From: Haliotis cracherodii
Taxonomy: Eukaryota
Length of the DNA stretch: 64,000 nucleotides
Direction of reading: 5' to 3'
NCBI RefSeq assembly: GCF_022045235.1
Contig: NW_027266266.1
Coordinates: 16,554,001 to 16,618,000, forward strand
Shown here piece after piece: positions 12,920 to 25,719 of the stretch. Every line of letters starts with the position of its first letter. Within the stretch, counting starts at the first letter, position 1. The translations under genes and the position numbers were made by a program. The notes under the pieces were generated by a model, which had not been told where the DNA came from, made no database searches, and worked only from the letters and a program-made list of their open reading frames with translations.

Positions 12920-13730
12920 AGACATTCATTACAGTTTACCGTAGTGCAGTACTTACAATTTACCGTAGGACAGTCATCACAATATACCGCAGTACATTCA
13001 TTACAGTTTACCGTAGTGCAGTACTTACAATTTACCGTAGGACAGTCATTACAATATACCGTCGGACAGTCATTACATTTTACCGTAGTGCAGTACTTAC
13101 AATATACCGCAGTACAGTCATTACATTTTACCGTAGTGCAGTACTTACAATATACCGTCGGACAGTCATTACAGTATACCGCAGTACAGTCATTACATTT
13201 TACCGTAAAGCAGTACTTACAATATACCGTTGGACAGTCATTACAATATACCGCAGTACAGTCATAACAGTTTACCGTAGTGCAGTACTTACAATTTACC
13301 GTAGGACAGCCATTACAATATACCGCAGTACATTCATTACAGTTTACCGTAGTGCAGTACTTACAATATACCGTAGGACAGCCAATACAATATACCGCAG
13401 TACATTCATTACAGTTTAAGGTAGTGCAGTACTTACAATTTACCGTAGGACAGTCATTACAATATACCGCAGTACATTCATTGCAGTTTACCGGAGTGCA
13501 GTACTTACAATATACCGTAGTACAGTCACTACAATTTACCACAGTGGACTTATTACAATACACCGCAGTATATTCATTACAGTTTACCACAGTGGAGTTA
13601 TTACAATTTACCACTGTACAGCCATTACAATTTACCACAGTGGAGTTATTACGATTTACCGTAGTACAGCCATTACAATTTACCACAGTACAGTCGTGAC
13701 AATTTATTGTAATACGGTTATTACATTTTA
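12920..13730. repeat. 24-bp-unit minisatellite (~33 units, e.g. CAGTCATTACAATATACCGTAGTA) with higher-order 72-bp structure
   Basis: Clear tandem periodicity. The minus frame is open and reads as (TVxCxxC)n. Confidence 0.9.
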
Positions 13731-14416
13731 TCGCAGACAAATTATATATTTGTCTTAAAATTCGTAATAGGTTTACCGCAGTAGCGTCACAATTTATGTC
13801 TTTGTTACATTTTACTATATAGATCGTAACACACTTTCAAAGGGTGGTTGGGTAGTCGTGTGGTTACACTGTATGCTCATGGAGCTGAAAACCCTGGTTC
13901 GATTCCTAAATGGGAATTATATGTGAAGCACACTGTTGTGTCTCACCGTCGTGATATTGCTGAAAAATTAATTGCTAAAAGTGGAGTGAGCTACTCAATC
14001 AATCACTCTCACATGCCATGGGCGGGGCAGGGACAGACTAAGGTCGGCAGATGCAGTGTATGCAAATGTAACTTGAGGGACAAAGTACATAGGTTAATGA
14101 TTTATGGAAATATAGGTATATAAGTCATTGTTTGTCAGTATGTTATCACCCAATAACATACAGTGTATTCACCTAGGGTGTGGCTGCAAGACCGTGTTAG
14201 TTAGGGTGAATTCAGCACCATGATAGGAGGTCAAATGTGGACTTGAGTTGCCTGGTGCAGGATTTTGACACTCGTGATTAAGGGTCCGGGCTACACTTCA
14301 GTCAAGGACAAGCGATTGTTTTCAGTTGCCACAGCTGCCCCATATGTTCAATGTCCCTGGAGCTCCACACTATAAAATTCAACATATATGTTGTATTTTG
14401 AAGTTGCGCGGATGTT

Positions 14417-14419
<3 letters not shown>

Positions 14420-14465
<46 letters not shown>

Positions 14466-14500
14466 GGAGAGAGAGATGTGGAGAGAGAGAGGTGGAGAGA
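14420..14500. repeat. (GA)n microsatellite
   Basis: Seen directly. Confidence 0.9.
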
Positions 14501-15684
14501 AAGCTTGGGATAGTGATGAAGTGCGTGGGGACAAAACGAGCAAGAGAGAGAAAGAGCGAGGGGAGAGAGTGAGGGAAGAGAAAGAGTTAAAAGAGCAAGA
14601 ATGGAAGCGAGGGGGAGAGATGGCAGGAATAGGGTATAGAGAGACAGCTTATTATTCAGATGATCTTGGGCTGGGAATTATTACTCACTTATTACTACTT
14701 ACTATGTAGTTTATTGACAATGCGTCCTTTAAGCGTGCCATGAACCTATATCGAATACAGATTCGCCCTGAATGTTTCTTGGTTTGTCAGCACCATACCC
14801 ATGATCAAATAAAGTCGCGTTAAACTCACTCACTCACTCACTCACTCACTCACTCACTCACTCACTCAGGCTGTTTTTAACATTTCAAATTCAATCTTTT
14901 AAACATGAAATATTTTTTATTTGAATCCATCATTTTGCTGGTTTATGTTGTGTGCAAAGTTTTTTTAGTTGTTTCGGGGTTGTTGTTTTTAGGATTTTTT
15001 TAAGGGTGGTTGTTGTTTTTGGGGGTTTTTTTTTGTTTTTTTGTTGGGTTTTTTTGGGGTGGTGGTGGGGGGTTTGGTTTGTTGGTTTGGGTTTTTTGGG
15101 GGGTGGGGGTTGTATGTGTGTCGGGGGGTGGGGGGTTGCATTTTCTTTCTTTCTTGTATATGGGCCGGTGGCCTTTTGTACAATAAACTTCTTTGACTTT
15201 GACTTGACATTTTCTTTGGGTCAAGTAGAGTATCCAACGGTAACAACTAAGACAGGTTTACATCTTGAGTAATTTACGTGATACATATTCAACATATGAC
15301 GTAGGAAGGAGCGCAGCAAGTGACAAAAATAGAGATCTAAATATGGTGACATATTCCTTTGACATATACACAGTTGGTAATAAAAATTGTCTTCCTATAA
15401 AACATATTCTCCCATGACACGCCGGTACTGACTGGTTTTGTTTGCATTTGGGTTTACCGTTATATCAAGCAGGACAACTGCCAGTCTAGACGGGACAGTC
15501 AAGGTATGTGGAGTTGGTTGTGGTAGAAATAAATGGCCAAGATTGAATATGATTGGCTGCATGTGATACTCAGCACTTTTAATGGGGAATATACAAGAAA
15601 ATGGTACAGACAAGAGAGACATATCGCGTAAAATCAGTTGTAAAGAATAAAACTATAATACTGAACTTCGGTTCTGAAACATAG

Positions 15685-15968
15685 TGAGTGAGTGAGTGAG
15701 TGAGTGAGTTGGGTTTAACGCTGCTTTTAACAGTATTTCAGTTATATCACGGCGTGTCAGCTTAATGTGGGAGGAAAGTCCGGAGTGATGCAGGTCTCAG
15801 GTGTTTACCACTTCGGTGAAACACGGGTATGGTGCTGACAAACCTAGAAACATAATCGGGGCGAACCTGGATTCGAACCCACAGTCATAGGTTTCTGGCG
15901 TGCCCAAGGGACGCAACTCTGCACAGTGAATCGCGGCGCCTTAGACAACTGGGCCACCCGTGCCCCCT
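15685..15968 (-). mobile_element. tRNA-derived SINE, family D
   Basis: Minus-strand head GGGGCACGGGTGGCCCAGTTGTCTAAGGCG...GGGTTCGAATCC and (CACT)n tail. Related copies at ~42435-42680, ~43120-43320 and ~63770-63920. Confidence 0.65.
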
Positions 15969-16010
15969 CTGAAACATACAACATACAGGAACAACATACG
16001 AAATGATATA

Positions 16011-17898
16011 TAATATATATAAGGATCCTGTATGTATATACATAGCTATCTAAATGATACAATACAGTGGAACGTTTACCTATTAACAGCTTATAAAATG
16101 TACTTTGTCCATGAATGTGAAAAGAATGGTATAAATGTAAATTAAATTTTTGTTTGTGAGGTTTAGGTGAGAAGCTCTATCCACTAGATAGAGAGGTATT
16201 CGTTTCTGTGATAGAATACTTCTTGTTCTTTTTCTGACGTTTACTCAAAGCTTAACACTACTGTTCAAGCATAATGCTAACAGCTACAGTTTACAGTGTA
16301 ATTTAACGTGGGCATACACTATAGTAACAAGCCGTATCATACCTTTATTCCTGTGAGAGGCAATAATTGTAGCTATAAAACACATAAGGTATTATTATTA
16401 TTATTATTTGCCAATAAATAATACTAGATTTACAGCGTTGTTTTTTTAAAAACTATTCAGCAACTCCATAGTGATTTCGGTGCAGAATATGGCCCCTACA
16501 CAATGGTTGCACTGATAGGGTAATGGGAAATGCCACTATGTTATTCAAAACGCCAACGCCGGAAACTAATCAGTCACGAAACCCACCCATAGGGCGGTAA
16601 AGGCAAAATAGCGATAAACATTATTTGAATGTCTCCCTGAAAATCAACGAGGAAACCAGGTGTTCGGGAAAAGGGTAAGCATGCCCTTCTCTAACAGTAG
16701 CACCCGCCACTAACACAATTTTCACTAAAAACATGTGCAGTGAACTCAATGTAATTGTCATAGCATTGGGAATCATGATCACAAGCGTGGTGTATTATGT
16801 AAATTATGTAAATTGTTTTGAATGTCAACCAAAAGCTTTCTGGAATGATTTAACCAGGTCTTTGACTGAAAAATCTTGACGGGAAACTACCTGTAGTTGT
16901 AAGCAAATTGTTTCTCTCTGTGAGATTTGAATACATGCTACAAAGTACGGTAGAGAGTTCAGAGATGTAGGCGGCATAAGCCGTTGGTGACGGTACATTT
17001 TTCGACATGAAGGGGAAATTTAGGATTGGAAAATCTAAATTATCCTTCTTGTCGTACAGCTTGGTACAGAGCCTGGCACCATTTTGACTTTCACTGTGTA
17101 ACCTGGATGACTATGTTTCGTTTCCCGACGGCGTTGATTGTTGTAATCCTCTCGATCATTGTTTTTGCCTGGCCTAGGATTATGTGTATACTCCCCAGGG
17201 AGCTGAGAATGAAACTCGAGTGCACAATGATCCACTGACCAGAGAAATAATGTTAAGCATACTGGCATGCGTAGAAAAGTAATAATTATTATTTACAGAT
17301 CGCGCTGACGAAATAATATATAAGGATCCTGTATGCATATACATAGCTATCTGAATGATACAATACAGTGAAACGTTTACCTATTAACAGCTTTTAAAAT
17401 GTAGGTTGTACATGAATGTGAAAAGATTGGTATAAATGTAGATTTAAGTTTTGTTTGTGAGTTTAGGTGAAACGCTCTATCCACTAGATAGAGGGGTGTT
17501 CGTTTCTGTGATAGAATACTTCTTGTTCTTTTTCTGACGTTAGAGAGTTCAGAGATGTAGGCGGCATAAGCCGTTGGTGACGGTACATTTTTCGACATGA
17601 AGGGGAAATTTAGGATTGGAAAATCTAAATTATCCTTCTTGTCGTACAGCTTGGTACAGAGCCTGGCACAATTTTGACTTTCACTGTGTAACCTGGATGA
17701 CTATGTTTCGTTTCCCGACGGCGTCGATTGTTGTAATCCTCTCGATCATTGTTTTTGCCTGGCCTAGGATTATGTGTATACTCCCCAGAGAGCTGAGAAT
17801 GAAACTCGAGTGCACAATGATCCACTGACCAGAGAAATAATGTTGAGCATACTGGCATGCGTAGAAAAGTAATAATTATTATTTACAGATCGCGCTGA
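16011..17898. repeat. Local tandem duplication A-X-B / A-B containing a Penelope-like RT C-terminal fragment
   Basis: 16011-16240 matches 17311-17540, and 16951-17308 matches 17541-17898. Block B on the minus strand reads KLYDKKDNLDFPILNFPFMSKNVPSPTAYAAYISEL. Confidence 0.85.
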
Positions 17899-18412
17899 TA
17901 TAACTGGATCATTAAACGTTAAACAACATCCACTCCCTCACATACTATTAGTTATTGTTTATATTATATCTTGCAGACTTGTCATGGTCATATTAGTATT
18001 TAATTTATAACATTCCGTTTACTGTTGATGGAATAGAAATGTTTACCAGAAGATAAAATCAGAACTGGTTCTAGAAGTCAGCATATATATTGACTTGATG
18101 CTCTCGTTCATCATAGTATATATGCCTAGTCATTGCTTCGCATGACAGCTTCGAGTACCATATAAATATCAACTTTGGAGTATCACGTGTGGGTATACAA
18201 GCCTATAGGAAATAAATCATACGTACCATCATACTACATGTATATAATAAATAACGTATTTGAGAACACATTCAGGCGACAAGGGACTGGCATTTACGAA
18301 GCCGACACATTACTATCCACTTCGGTATAAAGTAGAATACGGCAGCTCGGTGTCTTTCTGCAGATAAAAATACCATTTTCTATTCTTCAGGATTCAAGAT
18401 ACAGGGACAACT

Positions 18413-21191
18413 ATGGGTCAAGAAGATGGAAAACAGGCGTCGTCCTTTGATGGGAAAGAAACCAGAGGTTCGGTTGTTCTTTCCGTTGCTTTCTTCGCAG
18501 CATTCACAGCTTATATGGCAATCCAGAATCTGCAGAGCAGCTTGAATCAGGCAGCAGATCTTGGCATCATTTCCCTGAGCGTGTTGTACGCATGTATAAT
18601 ATTTTCTGGAATCTTAGCTCCGGCTGTGATCAAATTTCTTGGAGTGAAAAAGTCTCTGATCCTGTCATGGATATGTCACATCCTATACACAGGCTCGAAC
18701 TTCTACCCAACATTCTACACGTTGATTCCATCATCCATCCTCCTTGGTGCAATATCGGGCTTCATGTGGACTGGTCAGAGCATCTACATCTCTGTGTGTG
18801 CCTTTTCCCTTGCCAAATCTACAGACAAGACCGAGTACGATGTTCTCAGCAAGCTGAACGGCTTGTTCTTCACACTGTTTGAAACGACACAAATAACAGG
18901 GAACCTTGTATCATCACTGGTTCTGCAAACAGGAACCTACAGTAATGTGACTGGAGGAGCCGTGTGTGGACCAGAATATTGCCCATTGTCAGTGAATGGA
19001 AGTGAAATAGCCACCCCAGAGACAAGCGTGGTGTACATTCTACTCGGCATCTACCTTGGATGTGATGTCATTGCTTTGGTCGTCACAGTTTTCTTCCTAC
19101 CGCCTTTGCCTAAAAGTAACTGGAGTAGCAACGCCAGCTTGAAGCAATCTCTCAGTTCCTTCTTTGTGACCCTCTTCAAGAGCAAGCTGATATTCCTGGT
19201 TCCTTTCATCATGTTCCAGGCGGTGGAACAAGCTATTCTATGGGGAGACTACACAAGGGTAGGTTGGAGTTGTTTTAGTCATTGTATCATCATGAGATTG
19301 AGTATTTTTTACGCTGCTTTTAGTAATATTCCAGCAATATCACGGCGGGGGACAACGGAAATGGGCCTCACACATTGTACGTAATGTCAGGAATCGAAAC
19401 TTGGTTTTCGGCGTGACGTGCGAACGCTTTAACCACTTGGCAACCCGACCGCCCCGATGATATTGAGCATTGTTGATCAAGAACTTATCAAATTGTAAGA
19501 TCTATAAATCCTATGAACGTTTTTGGTTGCTGTATATTTGCTGAACGTTTCGCAAAAGGAGAAGGGTCGGCTGCAGCAAGTTAGCATTTCTCGACATGTT
19601 ATTTTCCTTCTCAGACAAATGTACATTCAGATTTATCAAGTCTTCTCTGCACTTTCTGATCAGGTTGTTAAGTTCCCATGATAACATTTGACCTCATAAA
19701 TTGTTTGACGTCATGCTAAGCCAGATTGTTAAAACCGTCGTTAAACCAAATGATTCATTCACTGCTTCACTCCCCACCCATCCAATGATTATTACCCATG
19801 TTTCCGTATCGTAAAGTATCATATGTTAGGAATAAATGATATCTATATGAAAAAATATTTAAAATATATATTATTCCAAATACATCATATTTGTTATTAC
19901 AGAAATACACGAGGTTAAAAAACTATAAATTCTATACTGCCATTTTCCCCATGTGACGTTACATATTCACTCACTCTCTGTCCGGCGTAAAATGAGTGAT
20001 GAATTTTTCCATTTTCTTCGCAGTCCTATGTCAGCTGTACTATCGGAATACACATGGTTGGTTTCATCATGGCAACGTATGGGGCGGCCACTGCTTCCTG
20101 TGCCTTCGTATTCAGTCGCATTGCGAAGTACATTGGACGTTACATTCTCTTCTTCACTGCTGCTGTCTTACAAGGCGGGGTGTTTGTAGTTCTGTACATA
20201 TGGACCCCGACAAGCGAGGACACAACCTATCTCTTCTTGATTCCGGTTGCATGGGGTCTTGGAGAAGGTATTTGGCAAACACAATCCAACTGTAAGTTTA
20301 CCAGATTAACTTTCCTATGATTGAACATGTCTTTAATCCGGAAACCCCGCTTATATGCTGGTATATACAAATGAATATAACTCACAAGGAAGGGGGGATT
20401 CTGTACGCTGCAGGATTTTTATCATACCTTGTCCTTTTAAAAAAAGACCCATGAAGATCCGGGGTAGAATAGGTCTTAAGAAACCCATGCTTGCCGTAAA
20501 AGGCGACTATGCATGTCGTAAGAGGTGACTAACGAGATCGTGTTGTCAGGCTCTTTCTGACTTGGTTGATTCATGTCATCGTATCCCATTTGCGTGGATG
20601 CATGCTCATGATATCAATCACTGGACTGTCTGGTCAAGACTCGACTATTTACAGAGCGCAATCATATAGCTGAAATATCGCGGAGTGCTGCGTTGAACAG
20701 AGAACAACACAGAAACAAACAAACAAACAAATACATGCAAAAACAATGCTACCCAATGATCACGAACAGTCCAACATTATGCACTCTCCTAAGAAATGCT
20801 GTGTAGTAAACATCAAACCAACTACGTTTTGACCTATGACAAGTTCACTTCATGATGCATGCAATCTTTCACAAGTTTCATATCGATTGAAAAGTAGCTT
20901 AATGTAACAAAATCTTTCATTTCAGCCCTCATTGCCCTCCTGTTCCCGGAGAAGAAGGAGCCAGCCTTTGCCAACTTCCACACTTGGAAAGCCATCGGAT
21001 TCACACTAACGTTTATACTCAGTAACTTTCTGTGTTTGAAGACCAAACTGATATTCGTCATGAGCCTGCTAGTGGTTGGTATGACGATGTACACTGGTGT
21101 GGAGATTTATAACAGGAGATCTCACGGAAGTGACGTCACCAAATCGGAAATTAAAATGGAGGACAAAAAAGAATCGAAAACTTCCTTGTAA
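18413..21191 (+). CDS. UNC93A: UNC-93-like MFS protein, copy 3; exons 18413-19258, 20024-20291, 20926-21191 (459 aa)
   Basis: Same exon 1/2 sizes (846/268) and phases as copy 2, with canonical splice sites. Exon 3 translated by hand: SLIALLFPEKKEPAFANFHTWKAIG...KESKTSL*. A 5'UTR acceptor (ttcttcag) ends at 18390. Confidence 0.93.
20446..20730 (+). mobile_element. SINE-like repeat family C in intron 2 of copy 3
   Basis: GACCCATGAAGATCCGGGGTAGAATAGG...(AAAC)n tail. Confidence 0.72.
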
Positions 21192-21423
21192 CCACATTTT
21201 GGCCTCTTCATAATTTTGTAATAATTTAATAAAATTGCATAGATGACACTTTAAATTATTTACGTCGCAAAATATATTGGTTTTTTTAAAAAAAACGTCA
21301 ACTCCAGAGAAAAATAAGTCTCGATATCTGCCGCAACAGATTCCATTGGACGTTAAAGCCAAGAAAGTTGTGAACATTATATGAATGGATCACTGAAAAT
21401 CAGTGTTGACACCAGGTGTTCGC

Positions 21424-21771
21424 GACCGCCTCCGTGCTCTAGTGGTAGAGCGTCCGCCCGGAGAGCGGAAGGTCCGGGGTTCGATCCCCGACCGCGTCAT
21501 ACCAAAAGACGTTAAAAGATGGTACTTGTTGTTACCCTGTCTGGCGCTCGGCATTAAGGGGCTAAAACAAGGTCGGCTCAGAGTCAGTATACTGTGTCTG
21601 AGTGGGGTATTCATGTTAAACTGCGGCATAATATCTCAGTGAGCTAGCACTATAAATCGGCATCAGTCCGGACTAGTACAAGCAGCCACACACACACATA
21701 CACGTACATGCACATCGCTATATAAGTGCAATAATCTTGGACGCGACGTTAAACCCAATTTCACCTCACCC
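21424..21771 (+). mobile_element. tRNA-derived SINE, family A (intact, with TSD)
   Basis: A box (CTAGTGGTAGAGC), B box (GGTTCGATCC), (CACCT) tail. Flanked by the 14-bp direct repeat ccaggtgttcgcga. Confidence 0.85.
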
Positions 21772-23336
21772 AGGTGTTCGCGAAACCACTTTGGCTGAGT
21801 GGTCACAACCTGAAAGCATGACTCGACTTTGTCTTCCTTCAGAACATGTATGTTTAATTGATAGGTATAGATCCGCCATTGGTGTATATGGGGAAGGTAT
21901 ATTCTGTGGAGGGGACCGGGAATGTTATTTTTAAACAAAACGACAAAACACTTTCAACAATCAGAAGAAAATTTTGCCTAAACGTAGAGTCAAATGTACG
22001 ATTCAGCCTGTAGTATGAGCATGCACTAAGGCATACGCGTGTGTTAATGTTCTCGAGCATCGGCATCACATCGTCGGAACACATAGTCATTCATCTTCCC
22101 ATTGCACGCGGCTATTATAAGGGTCTTATTACTGTACAACTTGATTTAGTCACGATATGGCTGAAATATTGCCGATGTGACTATAAATCTTAACTCACTC
22201 ACTCACTCACTCACTATTATAAGGGTCACTATTCAACGTGACGTCACATATCCCTATCCTATGACGTCACCTAACAATGGGCGTGATAATGGCCCGTCGT
22301 CAAGCAATATGAGGGCATTATCAAGTTACAGTGGCCCGCTGATTTATGATAACATGCGGGCGGTTTAATGATAATTCTATCCATTTTAGCTATAATATGT
22401 AATATCACCGGTTATTCTCCAGACATGCATTGAGCGCGAAGTAGGAAAATCTCCAATAATTGTTCTCCCCTGATATGAACGTCTCCCGGTGTAGAGAGCG
22501 TTAAAAGCAGCAGCACTAGTCTTAGTCATGTATATAACGCACGAGGTTTTAGTTAAATGTTAGAAATATATTTCTACAGCAACACACAGACTTTACTTCG
22601 GTGACGTCAAGTGACCCGAGCAGAGTACAGAATCTAAAACTGTACTCTTCCTTGTGGAATGCGACGGTGCTAGAGTCACATTGAATATGTAATAAATTGA
22701 ATGAAAACATTGCGAGTATTTATTTCTTTATTCAGCAATTTAGGTACAACTATTTGGATTCACTCTTAGGAATTGGCCCGTTATAGGGTGCCAGTATCTG
22801 AAAGAAAGTCCCCAATATGCGGAAGTAGTTCTTCTCCAACATGCGACACTAGGTCGTCAATACACAAAAGATATAGGCTTCTCATTCCAACGTATATATA
22901 TATTATATGTTGGATATATGTTGTGTAATGGAAGTCAATTTAGGTTTAATTGAAAATAAATAAAATATCAATTGTAATATTGTTTTTATGAAACATTATC
23001 AAATAGTGATGATACCAGGTGTTCACGAGGTGAGCGTATCCTTTCCCATCGATGTCACCCGTCACAAACACACGCAAAGGCAAGTTAATTGTTCACCTGC
23101 AAAAACACCGGAACAAATGGAGACATCTTCTTACCGTCACTGCTTCAAGAGATAAAAAAAAACATTTTCTTCTCATAATTTGTTAGGACAACCAGCATAT
23201 CAAACGAAAAAATGTATTTCTTTTTAAACCTGAAGCCACATTATTCCCCGAACCCCAGAATATCAAATAATTGGTCGCTTACCTAACAATACTACATGTT
23301 CTGGTATGTACAACATTGAAGATCGAGTGTAAAATA

Positions 23337-24887
23337 TACTACTCAAAATTTGATAAGGATCGTAGATATTTTTCTGAATAAAAAAACAAAATAACTGCAT
23401 AACTGGCAATATTGTGTACAAGTGAAATCAAAAACGTCTCCAACACACTTGCACGTGCATTTCATGCCATGGGAAATGCGTTTCACAGCACAGTTCATGC
23501 TTTTGCTACCATTGCACGATTTCCAATCAGGCAACGGTGTCTGATTCATTCTGAAACTTTAAACTCAATTGAGTGTTTACACTACGTTTATCTATGCAAT
23601 GCCCCCTCAACGTGTAAGGCGTCGCCTGACGACAGAACAACTGGGCAGATGTATTGGAATGCTTGATGCTGGCTATTCACAACGTGACGTTGCCAATGCA
23701 CTAAACGTCAGCCAGAGCGTTGTAAGCAGGGCCTGGTCCCGACAGCAAAATTTTGGTACAGCAGCACACCGACATGGGGGTGGTCGTCAGAGGTCGACAA
23801 CCCAACGCCAAGATCATTTTGTGGCTCTTCAGGCACGACGTCATCCCTTCTGGACAGCAACCAGCCTACGTAACGACCTCCTGAACGCCTCGGGGGTGAA
23901 TGTGTCCACTCAGACGATACGGAATCGTCTTCACAATGCAGGTCTCTACTCGAGAAGGGCATGTGTCCGAATCCCCCTGACTGTTCGACACCGGCGGGAG
24001 CGATTGGAATGGGCTGAAGATCATGTCACTTGGACACGGAACGATTGGGTTCCAGTTCTGTTCACCGATGAGTCCAGGTATTGTTTGGACTTTACAGACG
24101 GGAGGCAGCGGGTGTGGCGACGACAACGTGAACGTTTCCATGATGTCAACATCAGTGAACATGACCGTTATGGTGGTGGTTCCATCATGGTCTGGGGTGG
24201 AATCAACAGAGATGGAAGGACAGATCTTCATGTCCTGGAGAGAGGAACAATGACGGGGGTGAGGTACCGGGATGAGATCCTCGATGTGTACGTCAGACCC
24301 TACGCTGGTGCTGTTGGCCCTGAGTTCATCCTGATGGATGATAACGCCCGTCCTCATCGCGCCAGGGTGGTTGAGCAGTACCTTGAGCAGGAGACAATTG
24401 TCCGCATGGATTGACCAGCGCGCTCGCCGGACTTGAACCCGATTGAGCATGTCTGGAACATGAGCCAGGTTGCCCTTTCACGCCGTAGAGCACAACCCAC
24501 GACTTTGGCAGAGCTCGGACATGCCCTCGTGGAAGAGTGGAACAACCTTCCCATTGGGAACATCCGGGTGCTTATTGACAGCATATCTCGACGTTGTCAG
24601 GCAGTCATTGATGCAAAGGGAGGTCATGCTCGATATTGACACTTCATCGACTAAGTGTAATGATGGACTATCCCTCAAAACTGTGTAATTCTTTCTCTTG
24701 TTTGCTGTTAACATTTTTTAATAAAATGCCTTTTAAACATTCCATATTGATACAAGTTCATGCCGTTCATGAATTTTCATTCATAACATGATTAAACACG
24801 TTTCTGAGTCAGAGTCATGTCTTTTGTTATGTTTGTGGTAACTTACACACATATCACCTAGTGATCCTTATCAAATTTTGAGTAGTA
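23337..24887 (+). mobile_element. Tc1/mariner DNA transposon (DD34E), full length
   Basis: Perfect 25-bp TIRs TACTACTCAAAATTTGATAAGGATC (23337-23361 and 24863-24887), flanked by TA. Transposase lies inside. Confidence 0.95.
23599..24639 (+). pseudogene. Tc1 transposase (346 codons) with one premature stop
   Basis: HTH N-terminus; catalytic FTDES, MDDNARPH and NPIE with 34 residues between the second D and E. TGA at 24412-24414 replaces the W of WPARSPDLNPIE and the frame continues to 24639. Confidence 0.92.
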
Positions 24888-25576
24888 TATTTAACCAGCA
24901 TTTATCAAGTCTTCTCTGGTTATGTCGTGGTTGTTTTGCCCGAACAGTGTTTATCTCGTAATTAATCTGCGGCCTCAGAACCATCATATATTCTTGTAGT
25001 AATCCCTATGGGGATCGGGGAATGTGTAGGTCCCTATGTCGTACCCTATGTCTGTGGTAACAGTCGACTAAACTGAGAAAGCATTGGTGGTCGTAGTATT
25101 CAACAGGATTGACTGTGTGTCGTGATTGCCTTATTGAGTATCTTGGAGAAGAAGAGGCCCTAAGTATTCCATGTTTGTTGTTCAAGTTGACCGAAAGGAG
25201 GATTGGGTGGTAGCAATATATGATTTCGCTGATTGTGTGTCCTTGTTTCCAGACAGCGTGGCTAGTTGCTCGTGCAATATTACGCAGGATTTAGACTTGA
25301 AGACTAACGTGTACAGGTCGTCATGACAGCTTGAATATTGCTAGGGCGACGTTATACGACATTCACTAAATCACTTATATCTAGAAACCTTAATTTTCAC
25401 ATTATTCGAGAGTAACAATGGCTACTGTTTGAGATACATACCTGATAACATTACAAGAAAATAACACTATTTAAACACCTCTTGACATGTTCTATTGATA
25501 GGAATGTAAATTGTACTTTAATAATAAATGATATTGCTTTCTTTTAGTATTCTTGTTATCGTATGTGAGCTCGGAT

Positions 25577-25719
25577 NNNNNNNNNNNNNNNNNNNNNNNN
25601 NNNNNNNNNNNNNNNNNNNNNNNNNNNNNNNNNNNNNNNNNNNNNNNNNNNNNNNNNNNNNNNNNNNNNNNNNNNNNNNNNNNNNNNNNNNNNNNNNNNN
25701 NNNNNNNNNNNNNNNNNNN
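25577..25719. other. Assembly gap (143 N) next to a degenerate (GT)n tract
   Basis: Run of n followed by GT-rich low-complexity sequence to ~25950. Confidence 0.98.

Noticed and set aside
14952-15272. ORFs rich in G/F/V or P/K/Q
   Set aside because: Low-complexity G/T tract. The same applies to ORFs across the N gap and the (CA)n/(GA)n runs.
21424-21500. tRNA-like sequences (also near 10210-10286, 15860-15968 and 51085-51155)
   Set aside because: They are SINE heads attached to body, tail and TSD, with no convincing full cloverleaf.
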